DNA of 64,000 nucleotides from positions 448,001 to 512,000 of the forward strand of contig CAVXRD010000004.1 in NCBI GenBank assembly GCA_963764165.1, read 5' to 3'. Positions 28,339-37,639 of the stretch are shown here, one piece after another. Source of the stretch: an uncultured Verrucomicrobiae bacterium. GTDB taxonomy: Bacteria > Verrucomicrobiota > Verrucomicrobiia > Limisphaerales > Palsa-1400. The notes below the pieces were generated by a model. That model saw only the letters and a list, made by a program, of their open reading frames with translations, was not told where the DNA came from and did not search any database. Position numbers and translations under genes: made by a program. Within the stretch, counting starts at the first letter, position 1, and every line of letters begins with the position of its first letter.

Positions 28339-29405
28339 TGAACCTCCCTGAGCCACTTCCAGAGACAGACGATTTCCGCCTCAAAGGTCTTTTCAGTTGG
28401 TGCAACCGCCTTCGCGATTACGCGCAGTCAATAACCCTGATGCGCAGCGCCGACTCCAGGCTTGAGCGCACGCCTGCCGGCACGCTGCTTCGACCGGCGC
28501 GGGATTCAACGCCGCGCGATCTCGGCATTCGCAGCGTCACGAATTGGTATCTGCCTCCGATCACTATCACCGAGACGGATCGCGACGGCTTTTCCAATCC
28601 GCGCCAATTCACCTGGAATGGTTTGATCGCGTTTGGCCCCTGGGTCGGCGGCGCGGCCGCCAACGAAGAAAACATTTACGGAACCGGCGGATACGGCAGC
28701 GACACTTTGTTTGCATTCGATTACGGAGTATCGGGTTTCGTTGACGGAGAAAACACCAGCCCGCCAAGCAATTTTGTGTGGGACATCGATCCAGTTGTCT
28801 GGCCGGGCTTCGCCGATTTCCAGGACGCGGCCGACAACGCGGCCTTCTACCTCGTCGACTTGCCGCCGACCCTTCGCAATCAAATCGTGGGCGGCACATT
28901 CACTCAGCAGGATCAGCGCGAAACAGGACTCACCGAATGGCTGTTTGACTACGCTTACGCTAACGGACAGCCCACCTTGCCCCAGATTTACGACCGCTAC
29001 CCTTTTGATTCTACCAATGGCACATATTACGGCGACGGCGTCGGAAACGGCACCGGCAGCGGAGCGGCTACAGATGATTACACGGCTTATATCGAGCCGA
29101 GCTATTTCCCCGGCTCAACGCTCTACATTGCGAACCCCAACAGACTGCGCACCAGTCGCCGTTACTTTTACCAGGATGCCTATTTCGGGGCGACGATTGA
29201 GCTGAACATGGGATGGGTTGACTTGAACGTGGACGCCCGCCGCTGGATGGCCGCCGGTTTGGTGGAAAACCACATGAGAGTGCAGATCGCTACGAACGGG
29301 TCGGGAGTAATGATCCCACCGCCAAACGCCTCAGTCGGCCTGGACGGCAACCTTTACGTCCCCGTCAACCAGGACTCAAATTACTATCCCGCCAACACGA
29401 TTTAG
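28338..29405 (+). CDS. Tail / baseplate protein
   Basis: TGATG-coupled; NRLRDY..ERTPAGTLL N-terminus; aromatic/Gly-rich. Confidence 0.55.
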   Translation: MNLPEPLPETDDFRLKGLFSWCNRLRDYAQSITLMRSADSRLERTPAGTLLRPARDSTPRDLGIRSVTNWYLPPITITETDRDGFSNPRQFTWNGLIAFGPWVGGAAANEENIYGTGGYGSDTLFAFDYGVSGFVDGENTSPPSNFVWDIDPVVWPGFADFQDAADNAAFYLVDLPPTLRNQIVGGTFTQQDQRETGLTEWLFDYAYANGQPTLPQIYDRYPFDSTNGTYYGDGVGNGTGSGAATDDYTAYIEPSYFPGSTLYIANPNRLRTSRRYFYQDAYFGATIELNMGWVDLNVDARRWMAAGLVENHMRVQIATNGSGVMIPPPNASVGLDGNLYVPVNQDSNYYPANTI

Positions 29406-29599
29406 CCATAGCCATGCTTCGCCGCCTCGGCGTCCGCGACGCTGGCGAGCCATCCGCTCAGATTGGATTTGCTCTTCTGCGCGGCCTTGACCCAAGCCGA
29501 TTTTTGCCGGGGGCGGACACGCAGCTTCACGATAGCGGTGGATGAATCCTGGCGGTGATTTCCCGGCCAATCGGCTTTTGGGTTGTTAGAATCGTTCAT
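29402..29599 (-). CDS. Ribbon-helix-helix DNA-binding protein
   Basis: IVKLRVRPRQKSAWVKAAQKSKSNLSGWL. Confidence 0.7.
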   Translation of the reverse strand: MNDSNNPKADWPGNHRQDSSTAIVKLRVRPRQKSAWVKAAQKSKSNLSGWLASVADAEAAKHGYG

Positions 29600-29750
29600 T
29601 GCATCTCGCTCATTAACGGAAGTTTCCTGTCAAGAATCTGAATCGCATAGTCCAGCGGGGCAACCCCTTTGAGCTTTGCCGCGCGCCGCAGCCTGGCGGA
29701 AAGGGTTTCCGGAAGTCGCGCCAGGCTAATCTGGCGGGGCTTCGGATCGC
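29596..29750 (-). CDS. Second RHH-like small protein (start unclear)
   Basis: ISLARLPETLSARLRRAAKLKGVAPLDYAIQIL; stop coupled to the next RHH gene. Confidence 0.5.
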
Positions 29751-29787
29751 ATGCATACGTGCCGTAAGTACGCCCCTCAGTCGAACG

Positions 29788-30621
29788 ATGGCGATGCTCA
29801 ATGGAATCATTCTCCGAAGTGACGGGACCGCGCCCAATCCGTGCCAGCGATGGCCGGAAGGCTGCCCCATGCCCGGACCCATCCCGACCTCGCGCGCGGG
29901 CGATCTCAATAACAGCGTGGCGCACAGCCACATTTACTTTCGGCCCATTCAAACTCCGTTCGTCGATATCGGCCAAAACAACGCCATCATCATCGGCGGT
30001 GTCCGCCGCGCGCGCATCGATGCGGAGACGGGGGCTTTCACGATTCAACTTCTCCAGGGGAATTATTCTGTCGCGGTGGGCGCCGAAGTTTTCGAAATCA
30101 ACATCCCGTCCGACGCCGGCACGTTTGAGCTTTCGGCGTGCATCGTCACCGCTATGAATTTCCAACCGCCGGCGTCCAATACTTACCAGGGCAACTTCCC
30201 GTCCACCGCGGATGATTTTGTCCTGCCCGCCAACGCGGTGAATAACCCCGGCGCGCCGGTCGCCACTGGCTGGACGCAAATTGTCCAAGGCCCCGGCAAA
30301 TTCCAAATCGAAGCCAGCGTGATGGTTTACGCGACCAGCCGCGACGGCAACCAGCAGGACAACGAGACGTATACCGCGTATTTGTGGGACTCGACCGACG
30401 CCGTCATTGTCGGCCAAACCGTAACCGTCGACAACATATTCACCGGCACGCAGGGGCAGATCGTTTTGCGCGGCACGGTGAACATCGTGGGAGCAACGCA
30501 AATCCTCCTGGAAGTCTACGCCGCCGGCAACCCCAACACAGCCGACCAAAGCGCCGCCCCGAATTCCGTGGGAACAATCCTCATGGATCAATCCTCAATT
30601 TCCATCACGCGACTGAATTAA
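29788..30621 (+). CDS. Tail fibre adaptor / structural protein
   Basis: N-terminal prophage-tail-like domain (GAFTIQLLQGNYSV); motif at 29760. Confidence 0.6.
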   Translation: MAMLNGIILRSDGTAPNPCQRWPEGCPMPGPIPTSRAGDLNNSVAHSHIYFRPIQTPFVDIGQNNAIIIGGVRRARIDAETGAFTIQLLQGNYSVAVGAEVFEINIPSDAGTFELSACIVTAMNFQPPASNTYQGNFPSTADDFVLPANAVNNPGAPVATGWTQIVQGPGKFQIEASVMVYATSRDGNQQDNETYTAYLWDSTDAVIVGQTVTVDNIFTGTQGQIVLRGTVNIVGATQILLEVYAAGNPNTADQSAAPNSVGTILMDQSSISITRLN

Positions 30622-30625
30622 TTTT

Positions 30626-33600
30626 ATGATTTTCACAGAAGCCAACGAAGGAAACGAAGGGAAAATTGCGAGGAGCGCTTTGCCCAAGTTTCTCCGATTT
30701 ATTTTCCCCCTTTGTGTCCTTTGTTACCTTCTGTTAAATCCCCGGGTCCAGGCCCAGCTCGTCACCAGCCCGACCGGGCGAGCGATCGCCACCATCACCA
30801 ACGGGACCAGCAACCTTGTCCTGACGGCCCAGGGCGGCAGCGCCCCGCCCGTCTGGGCCCCGGCATCGGGCTCCGGAAGCTCGACGACCATCAACGGCCT
30901 GACCGGCGCCGTCAGCGTCATCATCACAAACATCGGCGGGAATTCAGGGATGACAGAAGTCTTGTTGACCAACGGAAACTATTTGCTGATCTCCAATAAT
31001 TGGAGCCAGGTCGCCACGCTCGCGTTGCTTGCGGCCCAGGGAACGGCCGACACAAATTACGCGCTAGCGATCGGCGCAGCGCTGACGAACGCGCTCGCCG
31101 CGCAAGGCGTCTCCGTGACAAATTTCGCGAATGCTGGTCTGGCTGCGCAGGGAGCGGCCGTCACGAATTTTGCCAAAGCAATCGGATCCGCAATCACCAA
31201 CGCGCTCGCCGCGCAAGGAACGGTGCAGACCAATTACACCCTCGCCGTCGGCGCGGCGATTACCAACGCGCTGAATTTTGAAATCGCGGCCGCCGGAGCG
31301 CAAGCCACCAATTACGCCAACGGCATAAGTTCCGCGATTTATGTCTCGCTGGGATCGGCGGGAGCGGCGATTACCAATTTCGTCAACGCCGGTTTGGCGG
31401 CCCAGGGCACGGCCACCACGAACTTTGCCAAGGGCGTCGGAACATCCGTGACCAATGCGCTGGCCACACAAGGAATGGCCAACACGAATTTCGCCAGCGG
31501 CATCGGAACCAGCGTCACCAACGCCATCGCCGCCGGTGGAACGGCCGCGACCAATTACGTTATCGCCTCGCTCGCCGCGCAAGGCACGGCCACCACGAAT
31601 GCGATCAAAGCGGCCACGAATACAATCGCGTCCGGATCGCTGGCCGGCGCGCTCCCCTACTCCGTTTACCCGTCGGGAATTTCAGGAACAGTTCTGTCAA
31701 ACACAGGCAGCGCGGTCGTGTGGGCCGCATCGCCGACCGGCGGTGGAACGGCAGGCATCGGCACGCTCAACGGCGTCGGCACCAACACGTATTTGACAAA
31801 CGCCACGACCAGCGGCGAGACCGCGACAAATCTAGCCATTTCGACCGGCGCGACAAAAACCAACGGGACCGGATCGGCAGGCTTCACCGAAAACATCAAC
31901 CTCGGCCCGAGCGGAATTTATCAAACCGTCGTCTCAGAAAACGCCGTCCACAAATGGAGCGTCCTGCAGACGGGAACGCTTTGGGAAATCCTCGATGGCA
32001 ACAGCCAGGTCGCCTTCGCCATCAATCAGGCCTCCGGCGATGTCATCTTTGGCAACGGAGGATTGTTGACCAACATCCTCATTTCGGCGCTGCAATCCAA
32101 CAACGCGGCCGCGGGAACGTACTACGCATTGACCAATACCGGCAGCGGCCTGGCTCTCATGCAGATTACCGCCATTGCCGGCGTCAACGGTCAGGCCACC
32201 AATACTTACACCACGAACGGTTTCACCAGCGGCGAAACAGCGACCAATCTGACCATCTCGACCGGCGCGACAAAAACCAACGGGACCGCCTCGGCGGGAT
32301 TCACGGAGAATATCAACCTTGGCCCGAGCGGGATTTATCAAACGGTCGTTTCCCAGAATGGCGTGGGAAAATGGCACGTCTTGCAGACCGCAACACTTTG
32401 GGAAATTCTCGACTCGGCCAACAATGTCGCCTTCCAAATCAACCAGGCATCCGGCGATGTCATTTTTGGCAATGGCGGATTGTTGACAAACATTCTGATC
32501 GCCGGAATTTCCAGCAACGGCGTCACGGCCGGAAGCGTTTTCGTCGTCACCAACACAGGCGCGGGCCTCGGCTTCATGCTCGCCCCTGCGGCCAGCGGGA
32601 TCAACACGAGCGGCGGCTTTGGCACCAACAATTATTTGACCAACGCCACGACCAGCGGCGAGCACGCCACCAATTTGACCATCGCCAGCGGCAACGCCGG
32701 CGGCGCAACGAACCTGAACGCGAATGCCTTCACCGGAGGCACAACCGCACTCACCAATCACAACGCGGCCGTGGCCAATTTCGGAAGCAACGTGGTTACG
32801 GCCGCAACGAACGTCAGCGGAGCCATCGCCAATTCCGGAACTTTCTCCACCGACGGCGGAAACATCAGCAGCGACGCTCTTGGCCACCTGTCCATTTCGC
32901 CGAATGAAAACAACGGCGTTGGCTTGACTGTTAGCCAGGATCAGGCCGGCGACGACATTGCGGATTTCACCGATTGGAACGGCAATTTGATCTTTCAGCT
33001 CGACGGACCGAATCAGCAAGCGAAACTGGCCGCGCCCTGGATTTACGCTGGCAACGGCAGCGACCTCACGACCCTTAACGCCTCGCAATTAACCAGCGGC
33101 ACGGTGCTTCCCGCGCGTCTCGGCGGCGGATCCCCCAGCTCGAGCACGGTTTTGTACGGCAATTCCACTTGGGGCCCCATCGTCGGCGGCAGCGGGATCG
33201 CGACCAGCGGCGGCGCCGGCACCAACAATTATTTAACGAACGCCACCACGAGTGGAGAGAGCGCAACGAATCTCACCATCGTGAGCGGCAACATTTCAGG
33301 GGCGACCAACCTGCCCGTTTCGGCGCTCAAGACAAACGGCCTGACGGCCGGAAGCGTCTACGTCCTGACCAATTCTGGAAGCGGAATGACCGTGATGGTT
33401 GCTCCGTCTGGAGGCGGCGGAGGAGGCTCGGGAATTCCAACCATCGCAGGCGTCGGCACCAACACGTATTTAACCAATGCGACGAGCAGCGGCGAGATTG
33501 CGACAAACATCAGCATTATCAGCGGTAATATTTCTGGAGCGACAAATCTCCCGCCGTCAGGCCTGAGCAGCGGCAGCGCGTCTGCAGGGCAAGTGCTCGA

Positions 33601-35695
33601 ATGGAGCGGCACGGCTTGGGTTCCAACGTCCATCAGCAGCTATCTCAATTTCACAACGGTCGGCGGCGTCAACGATGGCGTCACTCTAAATGATGCAGCG
33701 TTCTCGAACGCGTGCGCAGCCCTCGGCCCGGCAGGCGGCGTGCTCTATATGCCGAAAGGCAGCGGCTACAAATTCAAAGGCGGCATCATCATCACCAATC
33801 AGCAGATCACGATCCAGGGCGACGGCATGGGTGTCTACGGCGGATTGGGCGAGCCGGACGTTTTCAGCAGCGTCATCATCTGGACCAATCTGACGACCAA
33901 TCTCTTCACCTTCACAGGACAGTCAATAACATTTCAAAATCTCTCAGGATTCTGGACAAACACCGCCGCGCCGACCGCTGGCGCGTTCATCGCCGTCACC
34001 ACCAATTGGGACGGCGTCAATGGACAGGTGCAATGCAACTGGCTCAACGTGCTTTTGGATGGTGGATATCGCTGTGTTGATTATCAAGCCGGGCAGAACT
34101 GGCAGGCGACTCAATTGGAATGGGTGCGCTGGTGGATGGACGGCATCCGCATCAACAATTTGGCCAATCCAGACATCGGAGGCTGGACGATCACCGGCAG
34201 CGGTTGGGCTGCCGTGGCTGGCCTGCAATACACTATAGGAGCGCATGTTGCTAACAGCGCCATTTGCTGGAACGGATCAGGCGGCGGCTCGATCATCAAC
34301 ACGGGCGGAGGCGCATTCAATTGGGGCGGGTATAGCGACCCCGGCGGCTACACCAATGCCATCTTGATCCAGCCGGAATATCCATCCGGCGCGGATTCCA
34401 CCAGCACGTTCTTCATTAACAACGCGCTCATCGACAATTATCTTGTGCATGGAATTTACTCCGAGCCAGGCACGGGATCTTTCTCCAACATCAAATTCGT
34501 TCAGGTCCAAATGGAGTCTTTTGTCGGCGGCGCATCGTCAGCAATTTTGCTAACGGGCGGAATTGGAAATAACGGCACCATTGACGGGTTTTCAACAGAA
34601 CAGCCTATTGCCAATCAAATCACCTTGAGCGGAATGGCTGGCATCGGCCTCGGTTTGATTAACAACAGCGGAGTGGAACCTAGCGTCGAATTGCTCAGCG
34701 CATCGACCTGCTACCCATTCTCTGATTTCACCGGCATTTTTGATCCCTTCGCCGGAAATCCACAATTGAAGATCGGATCATGGTTTTTGCAATCGCTTAA
34801 CACGAACGATACCACCCTCGGATTCAACGGCTACTTCACCGGAAGCGGTTTGACCGCGAAGCAAACCGGCGCGGTCGCGACCATCCAGGGACTCAACCAG
34901 GGCGGCATGTTCATGACGCTCTACGGCCAGACAACCGCTGGAGCCGTCGTCGGCAGCCCCACGCAAATATTCGCCGTGCGGCCAGGCGGCATCGGCATCG
35001 GAACGTTCACGCCCGCGGCGGAACTCACAGTCAACGGGGCGGCCATTGTGAGCAACAGCGTGACCGCAAACGGCGGATTCATTGGGCTCGGCAGCGCCCT
35101 GACCAATTCCGCGGGACACAATTATCAGGACGGAGTCCAGGCAACGAACATGTTTGCCACGCTCGCCGCAACTCAGCCGACGAACCTTACTTTGACACAG
35201 ATCGCCAGTCAGACGTCCACGGCGATCAACGGCGCCGGCATAACGAACATCCCTTTGTCTGGTGCGGTTGCTGGCGGAAACACCATCGCTACAAACGGCC
35301 AGGCAACCGCAACCAATAATATTGGTTTTGTGCTTCGAGCCGAAGCTTTGACCCTCAACACCTCGGCAAATTATTTCGCGCCATCTTACAATTCCACCGG
35401 AGGCACGGAGGTAAACAAGGCGTCGGGGCTGCTCGGCGGAGTCTACGGAGACAACGTGACTGTCAACTTCTCTGCCACCAATTTGCCTGGGACTAACGTC
35501 TACATAATTTGGAGAACCAACCAGATTTCTTGTGCAACCAATGTGATTTCCGGCCCCATCACGCCATTGCAACCGTACACATTTTCAAACCCACTCACCG
35601 TGACAAACGGAACAACGTGGGATTTCATCATCACGAACAGCGTAAGCACGACCGGGTACTACATCACGATGGCAGTGAGCCAGAGGCCGCTATGA
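30626..35695 (+). CDS. Giant Thr/Asn/Gly-rich tail fibre/tailspike with pectate-lyase-like beta-helix domain
   Basis: LAAQGxxxTN repeats, five GTNxYLTNATTSGExATN-like units, GGVNDGVTLNDAAFSNACAA..GGVLYMPKG..ITIQGDG; signal-peptide-like N-terminus. Confidence 0.8.
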   Translation: MIFTEANEGNEGKIARSALPKFLRFIFPLCVLCYLLLNPRVQAQLVTSPTGRAIATITNGTSNLVLTAQGGSAPPVWAPASGSGSSTTINGLTGAVSVIITNIGGNSGMTEVLLTNGNYLLISNNWSQVATLALLAAQGTADTNYALAIGAALTNALAAQGVSVTNFANAGLAAQGAAVTNFAKAIGSAITNALAAQGTVQTNYTLAVGAAITNALNFEIAAAGAQATNYANGISSAIYVSLGSAGAAITNFVNAGLAAQGTATTNFAKGVGTSVTNALATQGMANTNFASGIGTSVTNAIAAGGTAATNYVIASLAAQGTATTNAIKAATNTIASGSLAGALPYSVYPSGISGTVLSNTGSAVVWAASPTGGGTAGIGTLNGVGTNTYLTNATTSGETATNLAISTGATKTNGTGSAGFTENINLGPSGIYQTVVSENAVHKWSVLQTGTLWEILDGNSQVAFAINQASGDVIFGNGGLLTNILISALQSNNAAAGTYYALTNTGSGLALMQITAIAGVNGQATNTYTTNGFTSGETATNLTISTGATKTNGTASAGFTENINLGPSGIYQTVVSQNGVGKWHVLQTATLWEILDSANNVAFQINQASGDVIFGNGGLLTNILIAGISSNGVTAGSVFVVTNTGAGLGFMLAPAASGINTSGGFGTNNYLTNATTSGEHATNLTIASGNAGGATNLNANAFTGGTTALTNHNAAVANFGSNVVTAATNVSGAIANSGTFSTDGGNISSDALGHLSISPNENNGVGLTVSQDQAGDDIADFTDWNGNLIFQLDGPNQQAKLAAPWIYAGNGSDLTTLNASQLTSGTVLPARLGGGSPSSSTVLYGNSTWGPIVGGSGIATSGGAGTNNYLTNATTSGESATNLTIVSGNISGATNLPVSALKTNGLTAGSVYVLTNSGSGMTVMVAPSGGGGGGSGIPTIAGVGTNTYLTNATSSGEIATNISIISGNISGATNLPPSGLSSGSASAGQVLEWSGTAWVPTSISSYLNFTTVGGVNDGVTLNDAAFSNACAALGPAGGVLYMPKGSGYKFKGGIIITNQQITIQGDGMGVYGGLGEPDVFSSVIIWTNLTTNLFTFTGQSITFQNLSGFWTNTAAPTAGAFIAVTTNWDGVNGQVQCNWLNVLLDGGYRCVDYQAGQNWQATQLEWVRWWMDGIRINNLANPDIGGWTITGSGWAAVAGLQYTIGAHVANSAICWNGSGGGSIINTGGGAFNWGGYSDPGGYTNAILIQPEYPSGADSTSTFFINNALIDNYLVHGIYSEPGTGSFSNIKFVQVQMESFVGGASSAILLTGGIGNNGTIDGFSTEQPIANQITLSGMAGIGLGLINNSGVEPSVELLSASTCYPFSDFTGIFDPFAGNPQLKIGSWFLQSLNTNDTTLGFNGYFTGSGLTAKQTGAVATIQGLNQGGMFMTLYGQTTAGAVVGSPTQIFAVRPGGIGIGTFTPAAELTVNGAAIVSNSVTANGGFIGLGSALTNSAGHNYQDGVQATNMFATLAATQPTNLTLTQIASQTSTAINGAGITNIPLSGAVAGGNTIATNGQATATNNIGFVLRAEALTLNTSANYFAPSYNSTGGTEVNKASGLLGGVYGDNVTVNFSATNLPGTNVYIIWRTNQISCATNVISGPITPLQPYTFSNPLTVTNGTTWDFIITNSVSTTGYYITMAVSQRPL

Positions 35696-35745
35696 CCTTC
35701 ATGACATGCCGTAAGTTCGCGCTGGGGTCGGATGGCGAATGATCG

Positions 35746-36021
35746 ATGGACACGACTCGAAATAATTTTGACGGCACTGGCGATACTGACCGCGCTTCTG
35801 ATCGTTCGTGGAAGCGGGCCGAAGTCATTTTTGCCGCCCTCGGCATGGCCATCGCGCTATTTGCCGGCGTCGGCTCGTGGTTTGTCCTTCCGTATCGAGT
35901 CACCGCCGCCGAACAAAAAATTGAAAAATTCGGGTCTGAGAAATCCGCTGATCACGACGTTCTGATCAAAATGGAAGAAGACTTGCGTCAAATACAAAAA
36001 ACCCTCGAAAGACAAAAATAA
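35746..36021 (+). CDS. Holin-like membrane protein
   Basis: One TM helix plus a charged coiled coil in the lysis position; alternative overlapping ORF from 35732. Confidence 0.5.
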   Translation: MDTTRNNFDGTGDTDRASDRSWKRAEVIFAALGMAIALFAGVGSWFVLPYRVTAAEQKIEKFGSEKSADHDVLIKMEEDLRQIQKTLERQK

Positions 36022-36115
36022 TTACGATTTTGGCGGGGTGTGGTGCGTGGGGAAATCCCATGACAGGGTTGAATTTTCCCCTCATGAATCACCCGCCGAA
36101 AATCTGAAAGTTAAT

Positions 36116-36832
36116 ATGAACGATACAACTCAAATTTTGCTGCAAACGCTCCTCAAATTTATCGCGGGCTCCCTTGTTACCAAGGGAATCCTCAGCGCGC
36201 ACGACGCCTCCGCCGCATCCGAACTCGCCTACACAATCGTCGGCGCCGTGATCGGCCTCTTCGCCCTCGCCTGGCACAAAGCCCACGCAGACAAATTGCT
36301 GGCCACGCCTCCGCCTGGGAGCGCCCCGTCCGCGCCAGCATCCGGCACACTGCTCCCATTAATCGCATTCCTCCCATTCCTCGCATTGCCCGCCTTCACC
36401 GGCTGCGCGCTCCTGGACAAGCCATTGCCCGGCCAGACAACTCCGGCGCCGCTCGTAGCCTTCACCAACGGCACTGCGTATTTGCTCGGCCACGCTGCCA
36501 CCAGCAATGAGGTCTACACCGCCGCCCACGACGCCGCCAAGGTCGGCACAGCCGGCTTGCTGCTCGAATTCCCGACCGCGACAAATTACATTTCAGACGC
36601 CCAAGTCGTTTTTGAAAGCTTCGCGACCGGCGGAACATTCTCGCTGCCTGAGTTGACCAACGCCATCGCGCAGATCGGCATCAAGAACGCCGGAGACGAA
36701 ACCGTCGTCTCCCTGCTGGGCAGTTCCGCGCTGAGCCTCGCGGGCCTCTACGTCGCCCCGCTCATCAGCGAAGACACCAACGCCGCCCCCTACATCCACG
36801 CCGCGCTGCACGGCATCGCCGACGGCCTCTAA
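36116..36832 (+). CDS. Holin-like N-terminus fused to a lipoprotein-like region
   Basis: Two TM segments (FIAGSLVTKG; IVGAVIGLFALAW) then ALPAFTGC lipobox-like motif. Confidence 0.55.
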   Translation: MNDTTQILLQTLLKFIAGSLVTKGILSAHDASAASELAYTIVGAVIGLFALAWHKAHADKLLATPPPGSAPSAPASGTLLPLIAFLPFLALPAFTGCALLDKPLPGQTTPAPLVAFTNGTAYLLGHAATSNEVYTAAHDAAKVGTAGLLLEFPTATNYISDAQVVFESFATGGTFSLPELTNAIAQIGIKNAGDETVVSLLGSSALSLAGLYVAPLISEDTNAAPYIHAALHGIADGL

Positions 36833-36862
36833 ACCGGTAGCCGTGAACTATAGATTACAGCC

Positions 36863-37058
36863 ATGAATTTCATCGGCCCGAATATTCAGCGCGATTGCCA
36901 GCGCCTTCAACTGGATGACTGGCCGCGACCAGATCAAAAACAGCCCTGCGATGCAAGCCGCCGCCGCCGCCAAAAGCGAACAAGCGCAGGTCGACAAGGC
37001 CACCAAGGCCATCGCCACCCAGGACACCGAAGAAATCAGGAAGGAGCTAGCCGAGTGA
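36863..37058 (+). CDS. Small spanin-like coiled-coil protein, apparent 1-nt frameshift near 36878
   Basis: MNFIG then IFSAIASAFNWMTGRDQIKNSPAMQAAAAAKSEQ..RKELAE in the shifted frame; stop overlaps the GTG of the next gene. Confidence 0.45.
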
Positions 37059-37432
37059 AACAATCCGCATCAATTCAGTGCAAATTCGCATTCCTCCCAT
37101 TCCTCGCATGCCTCCTATTCTGCCATGCCTGCACAACGGTCGTTCCGGAAAAGACCGAAGCGAAAGCCCCCAGCTTTGACGGCGGGGCTCAAAACAGCGG
37201 CTTCGAAGGTTGGACCACGAACACCCAGACCGGCGCCGTGTATGCCACATTGACCAGCCACGCCCGCGACCGCTACAACGCGCTTATACAAGCCTACGGC
37301 AAGCGTTTCGCGCCGCCGTTGGTCAAAGACGCCGGACTCATCCCAACAGCCACAGGCTGGCAAATCGACTTGCAGCATCTGGCTAATTTCGCGACCATGA
37401 ACCGCTGGAAAAAAGAAGCCGTCAAACCCTGA
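37055..37432 (+). CDS. Lipoprotein (o-spanin-like)
   Basis: FLACLLFCHA/C lipobox-like signal; last gene of the late operon. Confidence 0.6.
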   Translation: MKQSASIQCKFAFLPFLACLLFCHACTTVVPEKTEAKAPSFDGGAQNSGFEGWTTNTQTGAVYATLTSHARDRYNALIQAYGKRFAPPLVKDAGLIPTATGWQIDLQHLANFATMNRWKKEAVKP

Positions 37433-37455
37433 CGTGCCCCTCCCTCACCTGCCCG

Positions 37456-37477
37456 TTATACACGGTCTTATACACAG
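37456..37477. other. Candidate integrase arm-type sites (attR region)
   Basis: Tandem TTATACACGG / TTATACACAG just after the last phage gene. Confidence 0.5.
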
Positions 37478-37639
37478 TTTCGGAAAACCCGAATTATTTG
37501 TTGCTTCGAAAACATCCACGAAAGTTCTCTAAAGCCGACTGATTCAAGCAGTTGCACATAGATGACAGTTGTTGCAACCCACACAGTTCAAAATACGGAT
37601 TTGAACGATTTGCCTTGAGCGTTGTCTGATTAATAAGAG

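Larger units (their letters stand above)
1..37480. mobile_element. Temperate siphovirus-like prophage (left end outside window; right end near 37450-37600)
   Basis: Ordered integrase, repressor, replication, terS/terL, portal, S49 protease, capsid, tail, tailspike and lysis-like genes; host-type genes resume after about 38 kb. Confidence 0.93.

Noticed and set aside
14970..29785. TGCCGTAAGTACGCCCC repeats as a CRISPR array or integron attC sites
   Set aside because: Copies are kilobases apart, not palindromic, and there are no cas or integron integrase genes
31810..32500. Duplicated fibre module as a DGR template/variable repeat pair
   Set aside because: Both copies are in-frame coding, differences are not adenine-specific, and no reverse transcriptase is present
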